Below, piece by piece: positions 1 through 12,384 of a stretch of DNA of 64,000 nt. A program made the translations under genes and the position numbers. This DNA is from Basidiobolus meristosporus CBS 931.73 (lineage: Eukaryota; Fungi; Basidiobolomycota): positions 62,001 through 126,000 of the forward strand of contig MCFE01000119.1 in NCBI GenBank assembly GCA_002104905.1. Direction: 5' to 3'. Position 1 is the stretch's first letter. Each line of letters starts with the position of its first letter. The notes below the pieces were generated by a model, which saw only the letters and a program-made list of their open reading frames with translations, made no database searches and had not been told where the DNA came from.

Positions 1-57
1 ACACACCAAATAGAACTTTTTAACCAATATCAAGAAATTCCAATTAAGAAGGTTTTC

Positions 58-3000
58 ATGGGTGATGATAGAACACTTGATGCAGTGGGAGAAGGAACTA
101 TCCAAGTAAACCTTAGAAGCAGTGAAGGAAGCCATACACTGACCTCTAAAGAAGTACTCTATGTGCCAGAAATAGCCAAGAACCTACTCTCTGTAAGCAA
201 GGCCACAGCCGAAGGACTCAGTTTCAGTTTTGACAATTCTGGATGCAGGATCACTGATCAAAATAGTGCCCATATTGCTTTGGGCATCAGAGATCAGAAT
301 CTATACAAGTTGACTTATATTCCATCATATTTGGAAGCCAATATAAGTAACTTAAATGAAGAAACACCAATGCTTTGGCACAGGAGATTTGGACACATCA
401 ATTTTGATTATTTGCGTAAAATGATCAAAGATCAGCTAATTTCTGGAGTGAAAATTGATCCCCCAGCTAATTTCAAGCACTGTGATGCCTGCATATATGG
501 GAAACAAGCCAGACAACTGCTCAAGAGCTCTGGGTTAATCAAAACTAAGAAAAAATTAGATCTAATTCACTCAGATCTGTGTGGACCTATGCAAAATGTA
601 TCCTTAGGCGGGATGAAGCATTTAATCACTTTTATTGATGATTATACAAGATACACATGGGTCTACTTCATGGAGAAAAAGGAAGAAGCTCTGTCTAAGC
701 TCAGGGAGTTTAAAGCCATGGTGGAGAGAGAAACTGGTGAAAAAATCAAGAAAATATGCTCTGACAATGGTGGAGAATATACCTCAAAACTCTTCATCCA
801 CTTCTGCAAAATTCATGGGATAAAGCAAGAGACTACTGTACCATACTCCCCACAGCAAAATAGAGTAGCAGCACAAGCTAACAGATCAATAACTGATTTT
901 GCAAGATCTATGATCCATGATCAAAAATTATCCTATGATTTTTGGGCGGAATCAGTTGCCACTGCTGTATATCGTAAAAATAGGAGTTATAACAGAATAC
1001 TTCGTGATTCTACTCCATTTGAAGCATGGTATGGATACAGACCAAGTGCAGAACATCTAAGAATATTTGGGTGCACAGCATATGCCAAAAAACTGGCCGG
1101 AAATCAGTCAAAATTTGAGCCAAAAAGTGTAAAATGCATATTTTTGGGCTACTGCAATGAGAGTAAGGCATACAGACTCTACAATACCAAAGCAAGAAGC
1201 TGATCAAGTCTAGGGATGTATTGTTTGATGAAAATTCAAAATTTTCACAAAAAATGACATCAGATGATGACAAAAATTTGATCTCAAGTCTACCAATTGT
1301 CAGGATTGAATCAGAGCAAAACAATGAAAATTTTTTCACTCCAGAGGACTCTACAACCATGATTCAGCCAGAATCAGTGCCCAGGATTATCCCAGAAGTG
1401 ATCATTCCAGTATCAAATGCCCAGAGATCCAATTGGACAAGAAATAGCCTAAATTACTATATCAATGAGGGTACAAACTTAGCCTATGCCTATTCAGTCC
1501 ATATTGATGAGCCCCAGACTGTAAAAGAGGCACTAAATAGCCCTCAGATGAAGTTTTGGAGATCTGCAATGACTGAGGAATATCAGGCCCTAATGGAAAA
1601 TCAAACTTGGGACTTAGTCAAATTACCAATAAACCAAAAATCAATTGGATGCAGATGGGTCTTCAGGACAAAATACAAGGCTGATGGCACAATTGAAAGA
1701 TACAAAGCAAGACTTGTAGCCAAAGTATACTCTCAAACAAAAGGACTAGACTATATTTAGACCTTTGCACTGGTAGCCAAGTTTAATTCCATCAGAGTAA
1801 TATTGGCTATTGCAGCCAAATATAAGTTTTTTATTCATCAAATGGATGTAAAAACTGCATTTCTGAATGGAGAACTTGATGAGGACGTGTATATGGACCA
1901 GCCTGATGGGTTTGCTGACCAAGATAACCCCCATTTGGTCTGCAAGCTTAAAAAGTCACTATATGGTCTCAAACAATCACCAAGAGCTTGGAATTGCAAG
2001 ATAGATTCTTATTTGGAATCCTTGAGTTTTAAAAGAAGTAATGCTGACTATAGTATGTACTATCAGCCAGATAGAGCAAATCCAGTTCTATTAGCTCTAT
2101 ATGTGGATGATCTTATTATAGCCGCCAATAACCTAGAAACATTGGAAGAGACTAAATCCAGCCTATCTAAGGAGTTCAAGATGTCTGATTTAGGAGACCT
2201 TAGTTACTACTTAGGGATTAAGTTCTCCATAGACAGAAGTACCCAGACTATCACCCTAAGCCAATCCAAGTATATTCAAGATATACTAACAAAGTACCAA
2301 ATGGAGGACTGTAAACTGGCAGCTACCCCAATGGAGACACACCTTAACTTGGTCAAAACTCAACCAAATCAAGAGAGCTTGGTGCCATCGGAAAGCCCTG
2401 ACTTTCCTTATCAATCTATGATTGGCAGTCTGATGTATATCATGCTTGGAACACGTCCAGATATCTCATATTCAGTGGGAGTTGTCAGCCAACATAATCA
2501 GAACTATGGATCTGATCATATTGCAGCAGTTAAGCGGATTTTTAGATACCTAAAAGGAACTGCTGATATCTGCTTAAGATGCACTTATAAGGATTCAGAA
2601 CTGGACCTTGTGGGAGACTCTGATGCTGTTTGGGGACAAAATTTGGAAGACAGAAGATCCACCACAGGATACACCTTTCTTTACTGTAAAGGAGCAATTT
2701 CATGGAATTCAAGAAAGCAACCAACCGTAGCACTTTCTACTACAGAGGCAGAGTATATGGCAGCCTGTGAAGCTACAAAAGCAGCAATGTGGTTAAGAAA
2801 ACTCTTTACAGATTTAGGCCTAAGTCAAAAAACAACAATTACTTTATTTCAAGATAATTGAGGATGTATACAATTAGGTAGAAATCCAACTTTTCATGCT
2901 AGAACCAAGCACATAGATATTAGACATCATTTCACACGTGAAGCTATAGAGAATAACTTAGTTAGCTTAGTTTACTGTCCTACAGATGAAATGATTGCAG

Positions 3001-3080
3001 ACACATTTACCAAACCATTAGCTAGAGACAAGTTTGAATATCTTAGGTCAAAATTAGGACTGGTCAGTATGAACATTTAG
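58..3080 (+). pseudogene. Copia pol (integrase, RT, RNase H), disrupted
   Basis: ORFs 58-1203, 1221-1760 and 1803-2861 carry LWHRRFGH/CDAC, HSDLCGP, SDNGGEY, LYVDDL and TTEAEY. There is a 1-nt frameshift near 1195 and in-frame stops near 1758 and 2859. Confidence 0.95.
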
Positions 3081-3091
3081 CTGAGTGTGGG

Positions 3092-3440
3092 TGTTGTAAA
3101 AATTTGTAATTCCACCTAAATATTCACCTAACTTAGTCACTTAGATCATCACCTTCAAATCCTAGAGAATACTGACCAAATTCCTTGTTGGGATTTACTT
3201 AGAATATTTTCACCAAAATACCAGGTACCCAGAACATGAAAATTCTCAAAGTTGTCCAAACAGCCCCAAACTTTGCACACATGTTCTTGGGACCTTCCTT
3301 AGCCTATTCTATGTGTTTTTAATGCCAAGACCAGGTAAAAGTATCAATACTACTTTTACATCCAATAAATCATTAAGTGAAAACCACATAATCTACTTGT
3401 CCTCCCAATCACTTCAAATATCTCCAAGACTCTTACAACA
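3092..3440 (+). repeat. Copia family 1 3' LTR (349 bp)
   Basis: TGTTGTAA...TTACAACA termini, preceded by the purine-rich tract TTAGCTGAGTGTGGG. Matches the LTR at 59789-60138. Confidence 0.95.
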
Positions 3441-5829
3441 ACAGCAACCTGCCTTGTAACTACTGCAAAAGGAAAGGACACACATCAGACCGATGTCTCA
3501 AAAAGAATGATGATCAGCAAAAGAAGCCTGAATATGGAAATGCTGCAACAACTGAAGATAGACTATTCATATCTGCACTAAAAATGACCACAAACAAGGA
3601 CTCTCAGACATGGTATATTGACTCTGGAGCATCTCAACACTTTACACACCAAAGAAAAACTTTTTACTCAATTTCAAGAAATTCCATTATAGAAGGTTTT
3701 CATGGGTGACAACAGAACACTTGATGCAGTGGGAGAAGATACTATCCAAGTAAGCCTCAGAGGCAGTGAAGGAAGCCATATACTGACTTTCAAAGAAGTA
3801 CTCTATGTACCAGAAATAGCCAAGAACCTACCAGCTGTAAGCAAGGCCACTGCAGAAGGACTCAGTTTCAGCTTTGACAATTCTAGATGCAAGATCACCA
3901 ATCAAAATGGCACCTATATTGCTTCAGGTATCAGAGATCAGAATCTATACAGGCTGACCTATATTCCACCATATTTGAAAGCCAATATAAGCAACTTAAA
4001 AGAAGAAACACCACTGCTTTGGCACAGCAGATTTGGGCACATCAATTTTGGTCATTTGCGCAAAATGATCAAAGATTGGATAATTTCTGGAGTAAAAATT
4101 GACCCCCAGCTAACTTGTAGCACTTTGAAGCCTGCATATATGGGAAACAAGCCAGACAACCATTCAAGAGCTCTGGGCTGATCAAAACTAAGAAAAAATT
4201 AGATCTAATTCACTCAGATCTCTGTGGACCTATGCAAAATTTATCCTTAGGAGTGATGAAGTATTTAGTCACTTTTATTGATGATTATACAAGATACACA
4301 TGGGTCTACTTCATGGAGAGAAAGGAAGAAGCTCTGTCTAAGTTCAGGGAGTTTAAAGCCATGGTGAAGGGAGAAACTGGTGAGAAAATCAAGAAAATAC
4401 CCTCTGACAATGGTTGAGAATATACCTCAAAGCTCTTCATCCACTTCTGCAAAACTCATGGGATAAAGCAAGAGACTACTGTACCATACTCCCCACAGCA
4501 AAATGAAGTAGCAGAGCATGCTAGCAGATCAATAATTGATATGGCAAGATCTATAATCCATGATCAAAAATTATTTTATGATTTTTGGGCGGAATCAGTT
4601 GCCACTGCTGTATATCTTAAAAATAGGAGTTATAACAGAATACTCTGTGATTCTACTCTATTTAAAGCATGGTATGCATACAGACCAAGTGCAGAACATC
4701 TAAGAATATTTGGGTGTACAGCATATGCCAAGAAACTGCCCGGAAATCAGTCAAAATATGAGCCAAAAAGTGTAAAATGCATATTTCTGGGCTACCACAA
4801 TGAGGGTAAAGCATACAGACTCTACAATACCAAAGCAAAGAGGCTAATCAAGTCCAGGGATATGTTGTTTGATGAAAACTCAAAATTTTCACTAAAAATG
4901 ATATCAGATGATGACAAAAATCTGATCCCAAATCCACCAATTGTCAGGATTAAATCAGAGCAAAACAATGAGGATTTTTTGACTCTAGAGGACTCTACAA
5001 CCACGGTTCAGCCTTCATCAGTGCCCAGGAATATCCCAGAAGTGATTATTCCAGTATCAAGTGCCCGGAGATCCAATTGGACAAGAAATAGCTCAAATTA
5101 CTATATCAATGAGGGTACAAAGTTAGCCTATGCCTATTCAGTCCATATTGATTAACCCCAGACTGTAAAAGAGGCCCTAATAGCCCTCAGACACAGTCTT
5201 GGAGATCTGCAATGACTAAGGAATATCAGGCCCTGATGGAAAATCAAACTTGGGACTTAGTCAAATTACAAATCAACCAACAGTCAATTGGATGCAGATA
5301 GGTCTTCAAGACAAAATACAAGGCTGATGGTACAATTGAAAGATACAAAGCAAGACTTGTAGCCATAGGATACTCTCAAGCACAAGGACTTGACTATTCT
5401 GAGACCTTTGCACTGGTAGCCAAGTTTAATTCCATCAGAGTAATATTGGCTATTGCAGCCAAATATAAGTTTTTTATTCATCAAATGGATGTAAAACTGC
5501 ATTTTTGAGTGGAGAACTTGATGAGGACATGTACGTGGACCAACCTGATGGGTTTGTTGGCCAAGATAACCCCCATTTGGTCTGCAAGCTTAAAAAGTCA
5601 CTATATGGTCTTAAACAATCTCCAAGAGCCTGGAACTGCAAGATAGACTATTATTTGGAATCTTTGAGTTTCAAAAGGAGTAATGCTGACTATAGTATAT
5701 ACCATAATCCAGATAGAGCAAATTCAGTTCTTTTAGCTCTATATGTGGATGATGTTATTATAGCTGCTAATAACCTAGAAACATTGGAAGAGACTAAATC
5801 CAGCCTATCTAAGGAGTTCAAGATGTCAA
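3441..5829 (+). pseudogene. Older Copia family 1 internal fragment (late gag to RT), host of copy A
   Basis: ORFs 3702-4181, 4232-4417, 4541-5155 and 5505-5837 align to the intact pol with several stops and frameshifts. It ends at the Gypsy LTR at 5830. Confidence 0.9.
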
Positions 5830-6633
5830 TGTGGTAGGGTAAATATACCTCCCACAGACAAGTTTATTCATATAGCCATTATGATATACTTATCCCTATT
5901 TTATCTTATCAGTATTATCCCATTCTTCTTTTGCCCATATTATCAGTATTATCCCCATATGATGTTTACCCTGATTGATTATTGGCATTAGTTGTCCCAA
6001 ATGTTATTCAGCTTTGTGATCAGTATATGTATCTACATAAGGCAAGTACCTGCATCAGTACCCATAACACATGACCTAGGTTTGTGTTACCATCCATACC
6101 ATTTCAATAGCATGTATGGTATTTCTATGTTGTACAGGTTTTGGACTACTGATTCCTGATTGGTTGGATGTACTTTGCCTTTTAGAACCTTCCAGAACAT
6201 TCATGGCATATTTTTAGCTCATAGTGATGTCATTGAGAATTCCACTGATGCCTAGAACCTTCTAGAACCTTTTCATTAGTAATCACTTGGCAATCAGGAA
6301 AAGTATTTAAGGGAAAGCAATCCCTCATCAATAAATCATCCCTTCTATCGGTAACACTTCTACCTTATCAATTAGCAGTTGATCACTGCTCCTGCCTTAA
6401 ACAGTACATCTCAGACCTGCCATCAAGGAGCTTTTCAGGATAGTGCACAAGACAAACAGAGGCCTTTGGAGACACTTGGAGCACCTAGGAAGCTAGAGAA
6501 GCAGGAGCTTTTACCATAGTGATATATTGACAAAGACACCAGCAGTTTGGACAAAGAGGTTATTGCACCCATCAGACACCTCACATACCTTGAGTTGTGT
6601 AGCTTCTCCCAGGAGTACCTCTACACCACCACA
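5830..6633 (+). repeat. Gypsy 5' LTR (804 bp)
   Basis: TGTGGTA...ACCACCACA; its first ~575 bp recur at 8644-9219. Confidence 0.9.
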
Positions 6634-6637
6634 TATT

Positions 6638-6657
6638 TGGCACCCAACATGAGGGGC
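6638..6657 (+). promoter_or_regulatory. Primer-binding site, tRNA-Lys type
   Basis: TGGCACCCAACATGAGGGGC lies 4 nt after the LTR. It matches the Lys1,2-type PBS TGGCGCCCAACGTGGGGC after two CG>CA changes and a 2-nt insertion. Confidence 0.65.
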
Positions 6658-6707
6658 TTGACTGAACTGCCCCTAGAAGACTTAAGAAAGAACAAATTAT
6701 CAAGACC

Positions 6708-7763
6708 ATGGATCTACCTTTACCAGGAATGCAAGAAACCCCTTTCTTTGACGGAACTGAAGATAAAGCTTTTGTCAAGAGGTGGGAGCTTTTCTGCAGA
6801 GCCCACAAAATACCTGAGGCCATTATGGCTGAAGAGATGCCCCCTTACAGCACTGATGAGATCATGCTGTCATTATATGAAAGAAATAATCTGCTGACAA
6901 ATTGGACACTCTTGAACAGCTACTTGATTGATGAATATGGAGAGAGACAAGTTGACTACACACTTAAAGACTCGGAAAACTTTGCTTATAGCAAGATTAA
7001 GCTGCTACCATTGAAAGAATACTTGAGTGGCCTTGAGCAAAATGGAGAGTCACTGAAAGCCCAAGAAGTTATCACTGATATCACTTTGTCTGCCTATCTT
7101 CTCAGAGCACTACCAGAAGACCTGGTGAGAAGGATTGAAAAAAATCCTACTGTCAAAGCTATGAGTGCACTGCCTGCATTTCAGTTAGCTAAGCAGATTC
7201 TACTTGCCCCTGAAGAAACCTCACCAATCAGAAAGCTTCTTTCTAGCTCAGCACAAAACCAGGATAGCCAAGACTTACTTAATCCCAGTAATCAAAGCAC
7301 TCAAATTCAGGAGCTGACACAGCAACTAGAGAAACTCTCTTTGCTACTTGCCAGCAAAGCATATGGGCAGAAGCCAGTAGAGGAAGAAGTCAAATATATA
7401 TGCATGTGGTGTGACTCTGTCAACCATTCCAAGAAAAATTGCCAAGAGCTTCAGTCATTACTATCCACAGGTTATGTCCTATATAGTCCTCAGGGATATA
7501 TAGTCAGTAAGCATGGTGACAAATTATCCACAGTATTGGGACAAGGAGGAATGAGTGTTCATTACAAGCAAGTCACCTCTCATACAAGAAAGGTGTACCT
7601 CCATGAAGAAGAAGATCCTGACTACTTTGATCCAGCTGAAGCTCTGAACTTTGACTATGAGGACCCCAGAGTGGCCCAAGATCATATAGCTTCAATTTAT
7701 GCTTCAAAGAGACACCATCCTGAAGAAATGTCTAATCCAGGCCCAGCAACAAAAGTATCATGA
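6708..7763 (+). CDS. Gypsy Gag with CCHC zinc knuckle
   Basis: 351-aa ORF with PFFDG...FVKRWE at the N-terminus and CMWCDSVNHSKKNC (CX2CX4HX4C). The TGA at 7761 is in frame with the protease ORF and may be CGA>TGA. Confidence 0.8.
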   Translation: MDLPLPGMQETPFFDGTEDKAFVKRWELFCRAHKIPEAIMAEEMPPYSTDEIMLSLYERNNLLTNWTLLNSYLIDEYGERQVDYTLKDSENFAYSKIKLLPLKEYLSGLEQNGESLKAQEVITDITLSAYLLRALPEDLVRRIEKNPTVKAMSALPAFQLAKQILLAPEETSPIRKLLSSSAQNQDSQDLLNPSNQSTQIQELTQQLEKLSLLLASKAYGQKPVEEEVKYICMWCDSVNHSKKNCQELQSLLSTGYVLYSPQGYIVSKHGDKLSTVLGQGGMSVHYKQVTSHTRKVYLHEEEDPDYFDPAEALNFDYEDPRVAQDHIASIYASKRHHPEEMSNPGPATKVS

Positions 7764-7778
7764 TGTGAGCCAGAAGTT

Positions 7779-8564
7779 GTGATTGAGAAGAAAACAGCAC
7801 CCCCATTAATTTTACAAGAGTATGCCAAGGCCAACAACTACCACGTGCAGCCTAGAGTCAAACAAAATGGTACCCCAGAGGCTCTGACAAGTCATATACT
7901 AGGAAGCAACATATCAATCAAGGTTGGAGAGCTACTCAGTATATCACCATCTGTAAGAAAGACTCTGGATGAGCACATCAGAATAAGGAAGCATCCAATT
8001 GAAGCAACCCAAGGCAACCAGGTCAGGACAGCTCAAGGAAGCCAAGATATCAGTAAGCTGCATCAAAGCCAGAAACACTACTACTCAGTGGCAACTGCAA
8101 CAACTACAGGAACTGGGCATAATCAAGAAATCCTATGTCATATAGACAGTGGATCTGAGATATTTGTGATGCCTTTGAAGGCTTGGAACCAACTACCATG
8201 CATTGACCTATTGCCCATAGACACCAATATCAATAGAAGAATGAAGGATGCCAACTCAGGGCAATCAATGCTTTTAGGAATTATTCACAACTTCCCTCTC
8301 ATCATTGAAGGAATACCCCATGAGATCCCAGTATTCATTTGTGCAAAGGCTAACTTTGATTTACTTCTTGCAAGACCATGGGAGGTGAAAGCAAGAGCAA
8401 TTGCAGTGAGCTACCCAGATGGTTCAGCATGGTACCCTATATACTCAGAGAGCCCAGGACTAACAGCAACCTTCTGTGGTATGGACTCAAACAATATTGG
8501 ATCAATGACATCATGTAGATTTCTATCTCAAGAAAAGACAGGTGGTTTCATTGGGGATGACTGA
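7779..8564 (+). CDS. Gypsy aspartic protease region, same frame as gag
   Basis: CHIDSGSEI active site and FDLLLARPW flap motif; homologous to 47732-48061 and 48136-48573 on the minus strand. Confidence 0.8.
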   Translation: MIEKKTAPPLILQEYAKANNYHVQPRVKQNGTPEALTSHILGSNISIKVGELLSISPSVRKTLDEHIRIRKHPIEATQGNQVRTAQGSQDISKLHQSQKHYYSVATATTTGTGHNQEILCHIDSGSEIFVMPLKAWNQLPCIDLLPIDTNINRRMKDANSGQSMLLGIIHNFPLIIEGIPHEIPVFICAKANFDLLLARPWEVKARAIAVSYPDGSAWYPIYSESPGLTATFCGMDSNNIGSMTSCRFLSQEKTGGFIGDD

Positions 8565-8643
8565 GAGAGCCCTTCATTCTCCATACTTACAGTGGTTAGC
8601 TAAAAAGTTTCAGGGAACTTTTTAGCTCTAGTGGGGGGGTGGA

Positions 8644-9219
8644 TGTGGTAGGGTAAACATACCTCCCACAGACAAGTTTATTCATATAGCCATTATGATA
8701 TACTTATCCCTATTTTATCTCATCAGTATTATCCCATTCTTCTTTTGCCCATATTATCAGTATTATCCCCATATGATGTTTACCCTGATTAGTTATTGGC
8801 ATTAGTTGTCCCAGATGTTATTCAGCTTTGTGATCAGTATATGTATCTACATAAGGCAGGTACCTGCGTCAGTGCCCATAACACATGACCTAGGTCTATG
8901 TTACCATCCCTACCATTTCAATACCATATATGGTATTTCTATGTTGTACAGGTTTTGGACTACTGATTCCTGATTGGTGGGATGTGCTGTGCCTTTTAGA
9001 ACCTTCCATGATATTCTTGGCATATTTTTCGCTCATAGTGATGTCATTAAGAATTCCACTGATGCCTAGAACCTTCTAGAACCTTGTCATTAGTAATCAC
9101 TTGGCAATCAGGAGAAGTTTTTAAGGGAAAGCAATCCCTCATCAATAACTCATCCCTTCTATCTGTGACACTTCTACCTTATTGATTAGCAGTTGATCAC
9201 TGCACCTGCCTTCAACAGT
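8644..9219 (+). repeat. Gypsy 3' LTR, truncated
   Basis: Direct repeat of about 5830-6405; it breaks off into an inverted transposase fragment at 9220-9340. Confidence 0.9.
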
Positions 9220-10131
9220 CAGTTAGCTTGAAATGCCCCATGTAGAACTTGGTCATCAGTATAGGGATATTGTTGAAAAGCAAAGCATTGCACCCAGTGG
9301 AACGCTTTTGCTCCAACAGATACAGTTTATGATTTATAAAAGCCACTTACTGATCTTCAACTGAAGGTAATGCTTTTACTACACTCTCATCTGCCTCAGG
9401 AAAATGGTCAGGTAGCAGCTGTGCAAAAATCTCCAATTGCCCATGTAACCAAGAGCCTGAGGAGTCTGTATTATTCCTTTCAGTGGGCACACTGTCTACA
9501 GAGCCTTTTTTGGTTGTAGCCTTGCTTGTTGCAGTGATTATCAATCAAGCTGTTGTCCAACTGTTTTTCAGCTGTTATCAGTAGTGGGATTTGGTTGGAA
9601 ACCAGACAGCTTTGCTTTATCTTTTGGCAGCATATATACAGAAGTGAGTCAAACCAAAGGTGATATGGTGTTACATATACATGTGTATGTGATGCCACAA
9701 CTTCATTTATGATGCTTTCTATGGCAGGTTATCATTGCACCCTACATTCATGTAGGTGTTGATGTCTCAAGTACAAGACTGTTTCAAACTCACATAAGTA
9801 TTGAAAATAAGTGATATATTAGCGTTACACTGAGTAGCAAAGTAATTGCCCCATGACAAGACTACTTTGATTCAACAATGTAAGAGAAGAGAAAAAAGGC
9901 CATCTGGCTATTGTGGCAAGCCCCTGAGCCATGAAGCATGCAGACAGCATAGGAAGTATTACAAGGATTGCAGCCAGTGTTGTGCCACACAAGTCATATT
10001 TGACCATTCACCAGTCACTTCTGCATTAACCATATCTTGCTGGCTACTTGATATTTCTATATCAGCATCTGACCATATGTGTCCCCTTGCGCAAACAGAG
10101 TCAGGAGAGTTTGAAACATCATTAAGCTCTA

Positions 10132-10560
10132 TTGTGTTGTATTATGCCTAGTTCAGGGCTTGTTCTACAATGCAGAGGCTATTCAACAATATACAACAAC
10201 TTCCAGGATGCGAATACTGAAATAGCTCAATGGGAGTCTGAAATACCAATAGAAGCTATAACCTTCACAAACATCCTCAATCTTAGGCTCAGAATATACT
10301 TTAGAAAATGTTTCTCACTTCTACAGCAGTGTTCTGACCTTCTGTCAAGTATTGGGCTTATTAACTTTTAAAGTTACTTTTCAGTATTTGGAGAACACTT
10401 TCCTTTCTGAGATAATTTTTCAAATATGAAAATTCTGAGCTCCCCTTTAACCTACGGGGGTGTGGTGTAGAAGTCTCCAAAGGGGTATTGAGACCCAAAG
10501 GGGTGCCTAAAGGGGTGTCTTTAGAGTCAGGGGCTACTTACAGTGGTACTGGCAAATCAT
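10132..10560. repeat. Truncated copy of the LTR at 11139-12384
   Basis: Aligns to about 11141-11540, including the start of the AAAGGGGT repeats. The transposase sequence resumes near 10575 after a deletion. Confidence 0.8.
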
Positions 10561-11138
10561 GTAATGTTGAGGCTAGAGTAGTGGCACATTTCCACTTATA
10601 TTAGTAATAGGGTTTTGGAGGATTTAATGCTACTTCTTGCCAAAATGATCCCAGGATGCAACATACTACATCCATGGCATATATGGAGAACCATCATGTG
10701 GCTGGCAACCTGTGACCCGGATACTGTCCTGATACCAGCATGTGATAACAGTTGCATGGCATTCATATCAGGAAATGCCACCATTGCAATGTGTTCAACT
10801 TGTCAGGAATCCACCAACATTGGGCAAAACATTATTCACACTCTGGATATATTCCAGTAATACCCCACATAAAGAAGCTCTTACAGTCTGACAACTATTG
10901 TAAAGCTATAAATTACAACACTCAGCATCAATCAAGTGCAAACATATCTGATATATATAATGGCAAACATTACAAACAGCTAAGAATCACAGGCTACTTT
11001 GAATGTATGTAGGACCATGACTTTGCCTTGGCAATTGATGGATTCTCATTCAGCAAGTACTCTGGCAGCAAATCCTGCTGGCCAATGATTCTCATCAACC
11101 TGAATATGCCACCTATCTTACAGTATCAGAGCAAGAAT

Positions 11139-12384
11139 TGTTGTGTTATATTATGATTAGTTTGGGGCTTGTTCTACAATGTAGAGGCTAATCAACAATA
11201 TACAACAACTTCCAGTATGCTAATACTGAAATAGTTTATTGGGAGTTTGATATACCAATAGAAGATATAACTTTCACTAATTTCCTCAATCTTAGGCTCA
11301 AAATATACTGTAGGCAGTGTTCTGACCTTCTGTCAACTAATGGGCTTATTTACTTTTATAGTAACTTTTCCTTATTTGGAAGTCACTTTCCTTTCTGAGA
11401 AAATATTTCCTAATATGGAAATTCTGAACTCCCCTGTAACCTAAAGGGGTGTGTTGTAGAAGTCTCTAAAGGGGTCTTTAGACCTAAAGGGGTGTCTAAA
11501 GGGGTGTCTTTAGAGTAAAGGGGCTTCTTGTAGTGGTCTCTAAAGTGGACTTTACACTAAAGGGGTGCCTAAAGGGGCTTCTTTAGAGTAAAGGGGTTTC
11601 CTAAATGGGTCTCTAAAGGGGTCTTTAGACTAAAGGGGTGTCTAAAGGGGTGTCTAAAGGGGTGTCTAAAGGGGTGTCTTTAGAGTAAAGGGGTTTCTTA
11701 GAGGGGACTTTTCCGACAGAAAAGTGGTAGTTTCTTGTAGAACTTAGATTGGATTCTTGTGAGCTTTGCAGTCTCTCTACTGATGTAGTACCAATCAAAG
11801 TCAGAATACTCAACAGTGCAAGTGATGCAGGGGAAGTCTTATAACCTTTAAACTTGTAATTGTAGTGTGGAGATTCTGGAAAGAGAGGCTCTCTCTTTAT
11901 TTTTCAGCTGGGGAAGTCATATATATGAAAATTTTGAAGGATCAAAGTTTTTGGGCGATTGCGCAAGCAATACACGTGATACAAAGCTAAAATTTTGCAG
12001 TGGCGCAGATCAGACATAGGCGCAGCACCTGTGAAAATTTCACGTGATTTGATTGGCTGGTTCAAAGGTTACACGCGATCAAAGTCACTATAGTAATCCT
12101 AGCAATAAGGCATAGTATATATAATAGTTGGACTCTTTTGGTCATAACTCCTTAAGTACTGCTTCAAATGAGCTGTAATTTGAAACATGTGTTGGCTACT
12201 ACGTGTTCTGTATGTAATAATATTCTTGGGTGGATTGCTTGTCAGGGTCTGGAGCATTTGCTCTTCAAAGTTGGAAATTCTTGATCTTTCTCTTGTGTGT
12301 TACGATAGCAAAAAGCAAAATAAAGAAATGAGTGCAATATTGGTTTAGAGATATTGTAGTAATGGAATACTTTCCATTACCACA
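11139..12384. mobile_element. Solo LTR (1246 bp) inserted in the transposase
   Basis: TG...CA ends and a GAAT direct repeat on both sides (11135-11138, 12385-12388). The flanks rejoin into the continuous sequence seen at 21720-21740. Confidence 0.8.
11440..11710. repeat. G-rich minisatellite (12-bp CTAAAGGGGTGT unit in ~73-bp higher-order repeats)
   Basis: About 15 GGGG tracts; three higher-order units start at about 11464, 11537 and 11611. Confidence 0.9.

Larger units (their letters stand above)
1..3440 (+). mobile_element. Ty1/Copia LTR retrotransposon, family 1, copy A (5' part outside window)
   Basis: Near-identical to the intact copy at 59789-64000. The pol is followed by a PPT and a 3' LTR, then directly by gag sequence of another copy. 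Confidence 0.95.
5830..9219 (+). mobile_element. Ty3/Gypsy-type non-autonomous LTR element encoding only Gag and protease
   Basis: LTR 5830-6633, PBS, gag, protease, PPT (GTGGGGGGGTGGA), then a second LTR from 8644 truncated at about 9219. No RT, RNase H or integrase lies between protease and PPT. Confidence 0.85.

Noticed and set aside
11440-11710. G-rich repeats as a telomere remnant or CRISPR array
   Set aside because: They lie inside a TSD-flanked LTR, recur in its second copy and have no unique spacers.
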